Positions 29,584-39,665 of a DNA stretch of 64,000 nucleotides are shown piece after piece; positions within the stretch are counted from its first letter, which is position 1, and every line of letters starts with the position of its first letter. The notes below the pieces were generated by a model. It saw nothing but the letters and a program-made list of their open reading frames with translations. It did not search any database and was not told where the DNA came from. The stretch spans positions 2,464,001 through 2,528,000 of the forward strand of contig CAVUDW010000003.1 in the NCBI GenBank assembly GCA_963740355.1, given 5' to 3'. A program made the translations under genes and the position numbers. The DNA comes from an uncultured Gemmatimonadaceae bacterium (GTDB lineage: Bacteria; Gemmatimonadota; Gemmatimonadetes; Gemmatimonadales; Gemmatimonadaceae).

Positions 29584-30627
29584 GTGACCCCAAAGCGCTG
29601 GCTCCTCACCATCCTCTCGTTCGCGGCTGCCCTCGGCGCCTCGGCTTGGGTGGTATGGTCGAGCTGGCCAGCGGGACACGGGCGGCTCTCGCTCCCGCTC
29701 ATCGCACACCTCGTCGCGCTCAGCGGTGCCGTCGCCGAAGTCACACTCCGAGCCTTCAAGCTCACCTGGAGCGCCAAGGCACTGAACGTCCCGCTCACAC
29801 TCGGCACCGCCTTCCGCGTCTGCCTCGGCGGTGACTTCGGAGCCTCGGTGACACCCTCCAGATCCGGAGCGGAACCAGCGCGCTTCCTGATCATGGCCGA
29901 AGCGAAGACCCCGCTCGGTGGCATCGTTATGGTCCTCTGGGCCGAAATCGTGCTCGAGGTCCTGTCACTGGCCACCGTCGCGCTCCTCATCGCACTGCTC
30001 TTCCCCGGTACCGACCGCGCCGTCACCAGCGTCCTCGTCGTCATCGCCAGCTACGCGCTGACCGTGCTCGCCGTCTCGATCCTTGGACTTGTCCTCTCCC
30101 GAAAGAACGCCAACGGCCCGCCCCCAGCATGGGCGCCGAAGATTGGACTGAATGCTGGAAGATGGCGCGGAATACAGAAAGCATTGCGCCAGCTTCGAGA
30201 CAGTGTCGCGGCAATTCGACACGCCAAGATCGTTCCGATGATCGCGTCATTCGTGGCCTCGGCGCTCCACGTCATCGCTCGCCTCTGCATCCTTCCCGGC
30301 CTCGTGCTCTTCGTGGCGCCCGACACCAAGATCGCCCCATTGGTCGCCTGGCCGTTGGCGATGCAGTACGGTGCCGCGGTCGTGCCGGCCCCAGGCGGAG
30401 GCGGCGCGGTCGAGCTCGTCTTCAAGCAGACACTCGGCAATGTCATTCCTGCCGAAATCTTTGGTGCCAGCCTCGTCTGGTGGCGGTTCTACACCATCTA
30501 CCTCTACATCATCGTCGGCGCGCTCGTGGCCGGCAGCACGGTGATGCGCGCGCTCAAACCCAAGGACGCCGTCGGCGCGCCTGACCCCGACGCGCCCAGC
30601 CCGCCACCGCTTTCGATCGGCGACTGA
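29584..30627 (+). CDS. Lysylphosphatidylglycerol-synthase TM / flippase-like membrane protein (UPF0104)
   Basis: VTPSRSGAEP, PAPGGGGAVE and WWRFYT motifs; multiple TM helices. Confidence 0.8.
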   Translation: MTPKRWLLTILSFAAALGASAWVVWSSWPAGHGRLSLPLIAHLVALSGAVAEVTLRAFKLTWSAKALNVPLTLGTAFRVCLGGDFGASVTPSRSGAEPARFLIMAEAKTPLGGIVMVLWAEIVLEVLSLATVALLIALLFPGTDRAVTSVLVVIASYALTVLAVSILGLVLSRKNANGPPPAWAPKIGLNAGRWRGIQKALRQLRDSVAAIRHAKIVPMIASFVASALHVIARLCILPGLVLFVAPDTKIAPLVAWPLAMQYGAAVVPAPGGGGAVELVFKQTLGNVIPAEIFGASLVWWRFYTIYLYIIVGALVAGSTVMRALKPKDAVGAPDPDAPSPPPLSIGD

Positions 30628-31262
30628 TGACCGGTTCAATCCCTGCCTTCTCGACTGCATGGGCCGAAGCGCTGCTGCATGCCATCAACGCCGACGAGGC
30701 CTTCCGGGCCGCGGCCCGCGGGTGGACGAACGTCGTGGCGCTGGTCGTGGCGGAGGTCGCGGCCGTCACGACTGCCGTACAAGTGGACCTCAACGCCGGC
30801 ACCTGCCGCGCTGCGGCGGCGGTTCACCCTGACGAAGTGACTGCGCCCTTCGTCCTCGCCGCCGACCTCGCCATCTGGCGCGAGATCATCGGCGGCTCCG
30901 GTGACCCCATCCTCGCCGTCGCCGCCGGCAAGGTCAAACTCACCCGTGGCTCGCTCGGCACCCTCATGCTCCACTCCCGCGCCGCCAAAGCCCTCCTCGT
31001 CTGCGCCCGCCAGATCGACACCCTCTGGCCTAGCTCCGCGCCGACGCGGCGAAGAGCAACTGCCTTAACGCGCAGAACAGCACAGCCGCAGAACTGCCAC
31101 CGCAAAACGCGGAGACGCAGAGACGCAAAGAACGGCAACTGCTCAACTACTTTGACGCAAAACAGCTTTAAAGGATACGGCAACAGCCGCGAAACGGCAC
31201 ACAGCCGCAAAACTGCGTGTTCGTACCGGACGCTCGCGTACAAGTCGCCTCTGCTTTGTTGA
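30627..31262 (+). CDS. SCP2 sterol/lipid-binding domain protein; true end probably near 31033
   Basis: FSTAWAEAL..AIN...F..AA.GW and DPILAVAAGKVKL..GSL motifs; residues after IDTLWP are translated repeat DNA. Confidence 0.7.
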   Translation: MTGSIPAFSTAWAEALLHAINADEAFRAAARGWTNVVALVVAEVAAVTTAVQVDLNAGTCRAAAAVHPDEVTAPFVLAADLAIWREIIGGSGDPILAVAAGKVKLTRGSLGTLMLHSRAAKALLVCARQIDTLWPSSAPTRRRATALTRRTAQPQNCHRKTRRRRDAKNGNCSTTLTQNSFKGYGNSRETAHSRKTACSYRTLAYKSPLLC

Positions 31263-31517
31263 TGTAACTACTCGCCCAACGACTTTCCAAGTCCAAGGCC
31301 CTTTACCAAAGCAGTTGAAGTTGCACGTGCCGTTCTCTGCGACCTCTGCGCCTTTGCGCCTCTGCGTCCAGCTGTTGCAGTTTTGCGGCAGTAGCAGTTT
31401 TGCGGCTGTTGCCGTACCCGCCTGCCGTTTTGCGTCAAGGCAGTAGCGTTGCAGTTGCCCTTCCGCGGCTGTTCTGTTCTGCGGCTGTTCCGTTCTGCGT
31501 TAAAGCAGTTGCAGTTA
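31053..31517. repeat. Family 1 bipartite inverted-repeat element
   Basis: A-rich arm to about 31230, core on the minus strand at 31268..31317, T-rich arm to 31517. Confidence 0.88.
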
Positions 31518-31541
31518 ACGATCTCAAAAGATGACTCCGAA

Positions 31542-32501
31542 ATGAAGCTGCCGACGCTGAAAGAGCTGGATGATGCCGCGACGCTGATCGGAACGTCGTT
31601 TGCACCGACGCCGCAGTATCGCTGGCCGTTGCTCGAGCAGCGCCTCGGGACGAGATGCTGGGTGAAGCATGAGAACCACACGCCTGTCGGCGCCTTCAAG
31701 GTGCGCGGTGGGTTGGTGTATTTCGATTGGCTGCAGCGGGAGCATCCCGAGGTCGCCGGGGTGGTGAGTGCCACGCGCGGCAATCATGGACAGTCCGTCG
31801 GTTATGCCGCGCAGCGCACTGGGATGCGCACCTGCGTGGTCGTGCCGATGGGAAACAGCGTCGAGAAGAACGCGGCCATGCGGGCGCTTGGTGTGGAGTT
31901 GATCGAGGCCGGCGATGATTTCCAGGACAGTGTCGAAGTTGCCGACGCGCTGGCCATCGAACGCGGTTGGCATCGCATGCCGAGTTATCACGGTCACCTC
32001 GTGGCGGGCGTCGGGACGTATGCGATGGAGCTGTTGCGGGCCGCGCCGGAGCTGAAGACCGTCTATGTCCCCATCGGGCTTGGGTCGGGCGCCTGCGGTG
32101 TGATTGCCGCCAAGGCGGCGCTTGGTCATGGCTGTGAGATCGTCGGCGTCGTCTCGACCGAGGCGCCGGCGTATGCGCGGTCGCTCGAACTCGGCACTGC
32201 CGTCTCCGCCCCCGTCACCACACGAATCGCCGATGGCATGGCCTGTCGCACCCCCGTTCCTGCAGCGCTCGATGTGCTCGCCGTCGGACTCGCGCGCGTG
32301 GTGAGTGTCACCGATGACGAAGTCGAAGCCGCCATGCGCCACCTCTTTTCCGACACCCACAACGCCGCCGAAGGGGCGGGGGCGGCGGCGACGGCGGCCG
32401 CGTTGAAGGAACGCGAGACTCTCGCAGATGAAATCGCTGTAATCCTCTGTGGTGGAAACGTCGATCGCGATGTCTTTGCGCGGGTGCTCGCCGCCGGCTG
32501 A
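31542..32501 (+). CDS. Threonine/serine dehydratase family PLP enzyme (fold type II)
   Basis: KHENHTPVGAFKVRGG, ATRGNHG, PIGLGSG, IADG, EGAGAA and CGGNVD motifs. Confidence 0.9.
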   Translation: MKLPTLKELDDAATLIGTSFAPTPQYRWPLLEQRLGTRCWVKHENHTPVGAFKVRGGLVYFDWLQREHPEVAGVVSATRGNHGQSVGYAAQRTGMRTCVVVPMGNSVEKNAAMRALGVELIEAGDDFQDSVEVADALAIERGWHRMPSYHGHLVAGVGTYAMELLRAAPELKTVYVPIGLGSGACGVIAAKAALGHGCEIVGVVSTEAPAYARSLELGTAVSAPVTTRIADGMACRTPVPAALDVLAVGLARVVSVTDDEVEAAMRHLFSDTHNAAEGAGAAATAAALKERETLADEIAVILCGGNVDRDVFARVLAAG

Positions 32502-32605
32502 GCAGCGCACGCGTCAGACACGCCTTCGCGCCACGTACACTCCCACGTCCAGCCCGCTCGGACGCCTGCCGATACTGAAAGCCTGATCCGCTGCCCACTC
32601 AACCA

Positions 32606-34219
32606 GTGAGCGGCCTTCCAGGCATTTTCACGGCTGTTTCGCGGCGCTTTCCGGACGTTGTGACCACCCTTTCCCTGCGCGCACGCCTCTCCTTTGCCCT
32701 CGTCGCCTCGCTGATTGCGGGGGGCGTGGCGTTGGCAGTTGGTGCGCACCACCTCGAAGCGCTGCATCAGCAGCGGCTCACGGTCTCCGATCGTGCGTTC
32801 AGCCGAGCCGTGTGGGCGACGCTGGCGCTGGTCGCACTGGCCGCGAACGTGGGTGGATTGCTGGTGGTCGTGCTCACCACACGGACGCTCTCATCGCGCA
32901 TCCTGCGGGTGCGTGACGCCGTTCTCGCGCTCGCGCATTCACACGAGCTTCGCGACACGCAGACGCAACTGCAGCTGATCACCGGTGCCTCGACCGAGGA
33001 TGAGTTCATCCCGCTGCACAACGCGGTCGTCGAGGCTCGCGCCCAGCTCAAGGCCGCGCTGACGCGGGTGCGGATGGAAGCTGATCGCAATCGCGCCATC
33101 GTCGACACCGTCTTTGCCAGCGTCTTCGCGGTGGATGGTGGCGGGCGCATTCTCAGCGCCAACCCTGCCGCGGCGACGATGTTCGGACGGCCGCTGTCCG
33201 GCCTCGTTGGTGCGGTCCTCTCGGATCTGCTCGCGACCGACTCGCTGCACATGACCGTCGACGATCTCGGCACCGTCAGCTTCGCCGGCTCGGAAACCGA
33301 GCGTCGTTTCACCACCCGGGTGCGCCTCTATGGACAGAGCGCGTTCCCGGCCGAAGTCGCAGTCACGCCGCTTGCCCTCGACGGCCAGCGCGCCTGGGCC
33401 GTCTTCGTCTACGACCTCACGGCGCGCTATCAGGCGGATGCCGCATTGGTCGAGGCACGTCTCGCTGCCGAAGTCGCGAACCGGGCCAAGTCGGCGTTCC
33501 TTGCCCGCATGAGCCATGAGCTGCGCACGCCGCTCAACTCGATGATCGGGTTCACGAAGATCGTTCGCCGCAGCAAGAGTTCCGATCTCAGCGAACGGGA
33601 TCGCCACTACCTCGATCGCGTGCAGGTCAGTAGCGAGCACCTGCTGGTGCTGGTGAGCGACATTCTCGATCTGTCGCACATCGAGTCAGGCAAGATCGAT
33701 CTTCAGCCGACCACCACCGACGTCTCGCAGATCGTGACCGCGATCGTGGAGCAGTTCGAGCCGCAGGTGGCAGATCGGCCGGTGGTGCTCGAGGCCAAAC
33801 TCCCCGACGTGCCGGCCATCGTCACGATCGACGCAACCCGGCTGCGGCAGGTGATCACGAACCTCGTCGGCAACGCGATCAAGTTCACCGCCCGCGGTGA
33901 GATCACCGTCAGCGTGCAGCTCAATCACGAAACCGGCCTCGCCAGCGCCATCACGGTGCACGATACCGGCATTGGAATTCCACTCGAACGCCAGTCACAC
34001 ATCTTCGAGTCGTTCGAGCAGGGCGACCTCGAAACCAGCGTCCGATACGGCGGCACAGGACTTGGCCTCGCGCTTTCGTGGCGTATCGCGCAGCAGATGG
34101 GATGTATGCTGAGCGTCGAGAGTATGCCGGGCGCCGGCAGCACCTTCACGCTTGCGTTCGGTCAGGCCGTGTCGCAGGGCGCGACGCTGACGACGCTCTC
34201 GAACAACGACGCCGCCTGA
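32606..34219 (+). CDS. Membrane PAS-domain sensor histidine kinase
   Basis: Two TM helices, PAS domain, AKSAFLARMSHELRTPLN, NLVGNAIKFT, DTGIGI and GGTGLGL motifs. Confidence 0.92.
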   Translation: MSGLPGIFTAVSRRFPDVVTTLSLRARLSFALVASLIAGGVALAVGAHHLEALHQQRLTVSDRAFSRAVWATLALVALAANVGGLLVVVLTTRTLSSRILRVRDAVLALAHSHELRDTQTQLQLITGASTEDEFIPLHNAVVEARAQLKAALTRVRMEADRNRAIVDTVFASVFAVDGGGRILSANPAAATMFGRPLSGLVGAVLSDLLATDSLHMTVDDLGTVSFAGSETERRFTTRVRLYGQSAFPAEVAVTPLALDGQRAWAVFVYDLTARYQADAALVEARLAAEVANRAKSAFLARMSHELRTPLNSMIGFTKIVRRSKSSDLSERDRHYLDRVQVSSEHLLVLVSDILDLSHIESGKIDLQPTTTDVSQIVTAIVEQFEPQVADRPVVLEAKLPDVPAIVTIDATRLRQVITNLVGNAIKFTARGEITVSVQLNHETGLASAITVHDTGIGIPLERQSHIFESFEQGDLETSVRYGGTGLGLALSWRIAQQMGCMLSVESMPGAGSTFTLAFGQAVSQGATLTTLSNNDAA

Positions 34220-34274
34220 CGCGCGGGCCTGACAGCCGCGTCGCGCAGCCTGACGCTGGCGACCTGCAGGTGCT

Positions 34275-36401
34275 TTGTCGTATCGTGAGGCATGCCAATC
34301 GTCGAACGTGCAACACCGGCCACCGCAGCGCACCACTGAACTGCGCCGGTTCCTGCGCGACGACGAACGACGAACACTGACCGCCGCCACCCATCGCATC
34401 GTACTCGATCCGCCGCCGGATCTTGCCGCGAGGGTCGAGGATCGACTGGCCAGGCTGCCGTCCCACAAGATCGACGAAGTGCGCTCCGGCCTGCGGCTCT
34501 TTGGCGGCGCTGCTGCTGCGCTGGTCAGTGTGCAACGTCCCTCGCCATTTCACGCACTGTCCCCGGCGTTGCAGGATCGAATGCTGGCGGCATGGGGTGA
34601 GAGTTCGCTCGCGAAGGCTCGCACACTCTTCCAGCTGCTGCGTCGCGTGGTGCTCGTCACCCACTACGCGGACCCACGCACGCACGCAGCCATTGGCTAT
34701 CGCGGTGCCTTGCACACCCGCGATGTCGCGATGCCGTGGGAAGGCCCTGGACGCCCCCGCGCGACCGCGATATTCACAGAGGGCGACGAGCCAATCCTCC
34801 GCGCGCCGGCCCCCATTCCCGTGACCGCGGCCCGCGCCATCCCTGACGGCGTCGTGACCGCTGCCACCTTCCGCGACGCCGCGGTGATCACGGCTGACGC
34901 GATCGTGATCGGCTCCGGTGCCGGTGGTGGCGTCGCGGCCGCGCGGCTCGCCGAGGCGGGCAAGCGCGTCGTCATCCTCGAGTCGGGAGATTTTGTCCGC
35001 AGTGACGAATTTTCCGAGCTCGAAGGGCCGATGACCGAGCGGCTGTATGCCGATTGCGGGCTACGAGCGACCGATGACCTGGCCGTGTCGATGTTGCAGG
35101 GTACGGCGGTTGGTGGCGGGACGACGGTGAACTGGATGATCATGCTCCGCACCCCCGCGCATGTCCTCGACGAGTGGACGCGTCGCTTCGGACTCGAGGG
35201 CATGACCGGTGCACCGATGGCCGCCGAGTTTGCGCGGATCGAGGCTGAAGTGCACTCGCGGCGTGTGCCGGATGATGCACATTCGCCGAACAACCGCCTG
35301 CTCCTCGACGGTGCGCACATGCTCAACTGGCGTGTCGAGCCGGCGATGATCAACGCCCGCGGTTGCGTGCGGTCGGGGTTCTGCGGGATGGGTTGCCGAT
35401 ACGACGCCAAGCAGGGCACACAACAGACATACCTGCCGCGTGCACTCGCTCGGGGCGCCACGCTATATGCCAATACGCGCGCCGAGAAGATCGAGGTCGT
35501 GAAGGGACGCGACAGTGGTGCGAGGTCGATGCCCACGAAGCGGGTCACGGCGATCGTCAGCGATCCCCGGTCAGGGTCCAGCGGCCGCACCCTCATCCTC
35601 GAGGCACCGATCGTCATCGTCAGCGGTGGTGCGGTCGAGACGCCGTTGTTGCTGCAGCGATCCGGCATGGGCGGCGGCGGCGTGGGCAAGTATCTGCGCC
35701 TCCATCCGACCACCGCGGTGATCGGGGTGCACGACCTCGAGATCTACGGTGCTGCCGGCATCCCGCTCAGCGCGATGTGCGACGAGTTCCTGCGGCGTGA
35801 TGCCAACGGCTACGGCTTCTGGCTCGAGTGTCCACCGCTGCATCCATCCGTCGGCTCGGCCGCGATCTCCGGGTTTGGTGCGGCGCATGCTGCGATGATG
35901 CACCGTTTCCCGCATCTGTCATCCACGATCGCGCTCACGCGTGACGGCAGCGACATCGATCACTCGAGTGGCAGCGTCACGCTCGATGGGAAGGGTCGGC
36001 CGCGCATCCACTACGCGCTCGGTGACAGCGACACCGTCAACGTCATCTCGTCGATCGAAGCCGCGGTTCGGCTGCAGCTGGCGGCTGGTGCACGCGAGGT
36101 GCACACACTGCACAGCACACCGATCGTCATCCGGAACGTCAGTGAGCTCGATCAGATTCGCGCCCGTCGCGTGGATGCCAACCGACTGACGCTCTTCAGT
36201 GCACACGTCAACGGCACCGCACGCATCGGGACCGACCCTGATACCAGCGGCGTCACGCCCACCGGCGAGCGGCATGGCGTGCGCGGCGTGTATGTGTTCG
36301 ACGGGTCGATGCTCCCCACCGGCGTCGGCGTGAACCCGCAGGAAACCATCATGGCCATGACCAGCATGCTCACCGATCGACTCCTCGCGCGCTGGCCCTG
36401 A
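34275..36401 (+). CDS. GMC family oxidoreductase (long-chain alcohol oxidase-like); start uncertain (GTG 34308 possible)
   Basis: IGSGAGGG FAD motif, GGGTTVN, C..SGFCGMGC..DAKQ, SAH..GT.R and GVNPQ.TI motifs. Confidence 0.88.
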   Translation: MSYREACQSSNVQHRPPQRTTELRRFLRDDERRTLTAATHRIVLDPPPDLAARVEDRLARLPSHKIDEVRSGLRLFGGAAAALVSVQRPSPFHALSPALQDRMLAAWGESSLAKARTLFQLLRRVVLVTHYADPRTHAAIGYRGALHTRDVAMPWEGPGRPRATAIFTEGDEPILRAPAPIPVTAARAIPDGVVTAATFRDAAVITADAIVIGSGAGGGVAAARLAEAGKRVVILESGDFVRSDEFSELEGPMTERLYADCGLRATDDLAVSMLQGTAVGGGTTVNWMIMLRTPAHVLDEWTRRFGLEGMTGAPMAAEFARIEAEVHSRRVPDDAHSPNNRLLLDGAHMLNWRVEPAMINARGCVRSGFCGMGCRYDAKQGTQQTYLPRALARGATLYANTRAEKIEVVKGRDSGARSMPTKRVTAIVSDPRSGSSGRTLILEAPIVIVSGGAVETPLLLQRSGMGGGGVGKYLRLHPTTAVIGVHDLEIYGAAGIPLSAMCDEFLRRDANGYGFWLECPPLHPSVGSAAISGFGAAHAAMMHRFPHLSSTIALTRDGSDIDHSSGSVTLDGKGRPRIHYALGDSDTVNVISSIEAAVRLQLAAGAREVHTLHSTPIVIRNVSELDQIRARRVDANRLTLFSAHVNGTARIGTDPDTSGVTPTGERHGVRGVYVFDGSMLPTGVGVNPQETIMAMTSMLTDRLLARWP

Positions 36402-37363
36402 TGCCCAAGTCACGCCCTTCGGCGTACCTCACCCGCCGCCACACCGATGCCGTCGAAACCGCCTGGGCGGAGCATTTCGACGTCAGCCTCAACGTCGGCG
36501 ATGTGCCGCGCACGCAGGCGGAGCTGATCATCGCCATGAATCACTGCGATGTGATGGTGCCGATCGTCGGTGATCCGTTCGACGAACAGCTCTTTCATCA
36601 CGCGCCGTATCGCGCCACGCTGATTGCGAACGTTGGTGTCGGCGTCAATCACATCGACCTCAGCGCCGCAGCGCGCGCTGGCATCGCTGTCACCAACACC
36701 CCCGATGTGCTGACCGATGACACCGCCGACATCGCCATCGCGCTGATCCTGATGGCGTCGCGACGGTTGGGTGAGGGCGAGCGTCTCGTGCGCGCCAACC
36801 GCTGGCACGGACTCGCCCCCACGCACCACCTTGGCCACACGCTGCGCGGCAGGACGCTTGGCATCGTCGGTTACGGTCGCATCGGCCGGGCCGTGGCCGA
36901 TCGCGCACGTGCATTCGGACTGAAGGTCCAATGGGTCGGCCGCGCCGGCGGTTCGGTGCCTGCCGATCACGAGATGGCCGCCTCGCTCGACGAACTGCTG
37001 GCCACCAGCGATATCGTCTCGTTGCACGCGCCCGCCACGCCGGACTCCTACCATCTGCTGAATGCGGAGCGCCTGGCATCGATGAAGCCCGGGAGCATCC
37101 TGGTGAACACCGCGCGCGGGGCGCTGATCGATGAGCGCGCCCTGACCGAGGTCCTGCGTTCCGGCCACCTGTTTGCGGCCGGCCTCGATGTGCATGAGTT
37201 CGAGCCGAAGATCAATCAGGGCCTGATCGGCCTCGAGAATGTCGTCCTCCTGCCGCACCTCGGCAGCGCCACCGAGGAGACGCGGACGGCGATGGGACTG
37301 CGGGCGCTCGACAACGCGCTCCAGTGGGTGGCAGGTCGCCCGCCGCGGGATCGCGTCGTCTAG
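36401..37363 (+). CDS. D-2-hydroxyacid dehydrogenase (glyoxylate/hydroxypyruvate reductase-like)
   Basis: VTNTPDVLT, GIVGYGRIG, VNTARG, GLDV.E.EP and LPHLGSAT motifs. Confidence 0.92.
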   Translation: MPKSRPSAYLTRRHTDAVETAWAEHFDVSLNVGDVPRTQAELIIAMNHCDVMVPIVGDPFDEQLFHHAPYRATLIANVGVGVNHIDLSAAARAGIAVTNTPDVLTDDTADIAIALILMASRRLGEGERLVRANRWHGLAPTHHLGHTLRGRTLGIVGYGRIGRAVADRARAFGLKVQWVGRAGGSVPADHEMAASLDELLATSDIVSLHAPATPDSYHLLNAERLASMKPGSILVNTARGALIDERALTEVLRSGHLFAAGLDVHEFEPKINQGLIGLENVVLLPHLGSATEETRTAMGLRALDNALQWVAGRPPRDRVV

Positions 37364-37495
37364 CGCCATCACCGTGGGGGCGCTCCGCCACTCGGCAAAC
37401 TCGACCGTGGTATCAGAGCGGGCCGCGACCTCGTAACTTTCGAGGACTGCGCCGCGCTTTCTGCGCATTTCTGCGTCCTCGTCGCCTGCCATCCC

Positions 37496-39509
37496 GTGAC
37501 CGCCCTCGCCGCTCCAGCGTCGCTCGACCTGCTCGCCATCAACACCATTCGCACACTCGCCATGGACGCTGTGCAGCGCGCGGAGTCGGGACATCCCGGC
37601 ACTCCGATGGCGCTCGCGCCCCTGGTCTATCGTCTCTTCACGACGCACATGCGTCACGATCCCGAAGGCGCCGCATTGGCCCGATCGTGATCGCTTCGTG
37701 CTGTCGGTCGGTCACGCGTCGATGGTGCTGTACGGCGCACTGTACATGAGTGGCTACGGCGCTGACGCTCGACGACATCAAGAACTTCCGTCAGTGGGAA
37801 TCGCTGACACCGGGCATCCGGAAGTGGGTCACACGGTCGGCGTCGAGACGACCACGGGACCGCTCGGCCAGGGTGTGGCGAACGCCGTCGGCATGGCGAT
37901 GGCCGAGGCACATCTCGCCGCGGTCACGAACAGCGCTGATCACACTGTGGTCGATCACTACACCTATTTCATCGCAGGTGATGGCTGCCTGATGGAAGGC
38001 ATCAGTCACGAAGCGGCGTCGCTTGCGGGTCACCAGAAGCTGGGCAAGCTGATTGGCTTCTACGACGACAATCGCATCACGATCGATGGCAGCACCGACA
38101 TCGCATTGAGCGATGATGCGGCGCAGCGTTTCGCGTCCTACGGCTGGCAGGTGTTGCACATCTCGGATGTGAACGACCTCGCCGAGATCGATGCGGCGGT
38201 CGCTGCGGCAAAGGCGGAACATGGTCGTCCGACGATGATCATCACCCGCACCGTGATCGGCTTCGGCAGCCCCAATCGCGCTGGTACGGCAAAGGCCCAC
38301 GGCGAGCCGCTGGGCGCGGAAGAGATCATCAAGTCGAAGGATGCGCTGGGTTGGGTGTCACACGAACCGTTCTTCGTGCCGGAAGAGGCGCGTGCGCACT
38401 GGGCGTCGCTGATCGCCGAGCGCGCGACGACGCATGCCGATTGGGAGGCGCGGTTCGCTGCCTTCACGGCGGCCAATGCCGCGGCGTCGCAGGACTTCAT
38501 CCGTCGCATGTCCGGTGATTTGCCCGCAGGCTGGGACGTGTCGCTGCCGACGTTCACCGCGGAAACCGGCACGGTCGCCAGTCGTGCCGCATCTGGTGCG
38601 GTGCTCAACGCCATCGGTGGCAACATTCCGGAATTGATCGGCGGATCGGCCGACCTCTCCGGCTCGAACCTCACGCTGCGCAAGGGTGACCAGACGTACA
38701 GCGCCACCAATCGCGGCGCACGCTACATCCATTACGGTGTGCGTGAACATGCGATGGGCGCGATCATGAACGGGCTCGCGTTGCACGGTGGCGTGGTGCC
38801 GTACTCCGGCACCTTCCTCGTGTTCAGTGATTACATGCGCCCGGCCATTCGTCTCGCGGCGCTGATGAAGACGCGTGCGATCTATGTCTTCACGCACGAC
38901 TCGATCGGCCTTGGCGAGGATGGTCCGACGCACCAGCCCATCGAGCACCTGTCGGCGCTGCGTTCGATCCCGAACCTGCTCGTCTTCCGGCCGGCCGATG
39001 CGACCGAGGTGTCGGAGTGCTGGCGCGCCGCGATCGAACATCGCACCGGTCCCAGTGCCATCGCGCTGTCACGCCAGAAGCTTCCATTCCTCGACATCCC
39101 GGTCGAGACCGCACGGGCGGGCGTGGCACATGGCGCGTATGTGCTGGCCGATTCGCCGTCCGCTCCCAAGCTGGTGCTGCTGGCGACGGGCAGCGAAGTG
39201 AGCCTGGCGCTCAAGGTGCGTGATGCCCTCGCCACCGCAGGCGTGCCGGCGCGGGTCGTCAGTGTGCCGTCGATGGAGCGGTTCATGGCCACCGACGCCT
39301 CGTATCAGGCGAGTGTGCTTCCGGCCGGCGTTCCGCGCCTTGCCATCGAAGCTGGCCACTCCATGTCGTGGTGGCACCTGATCGCCGGTCAGGGCGATGT
39401 CGTGAGCATCGACCACTTCGGCGCCTCTGCACCCGCAGACAGGCTCTACAAGGAATTTGGGCTCAGCGTGGACGCCATTACGGCCCGCGCTGTTAAAATG
39501 GTCTCATAA
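37496..39509 (+). CDS. tkt: Transketolase with three apparent single-base indels (about 37662, 37758, 37813)
   Basis: AINTIRTLAMDAV..A.SGHPG; DRDRFVLS.GHASM; DIKNFRQW.S.TPG in a third frame; GHPE..TTGPLGQG, GDGCLMEG, GVREHAM and THDSIGLGEDGPTHQP motifs. Confidence 0.93.
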
Positions 39510-39665
39510 TTCACCAAAATTGCTGGGCTGTGGCGGAACGGGTAAAACGTTCCGCCACAGTGATTTACGGCGGGATGGGGTTGACGTTCGGTGGGTAGCT
39601 GATTCGTATTAGCAAGCAAGTCCGACGTCGGACGCCGACACCCGCCGCGCACGTTCCGATCCCCG

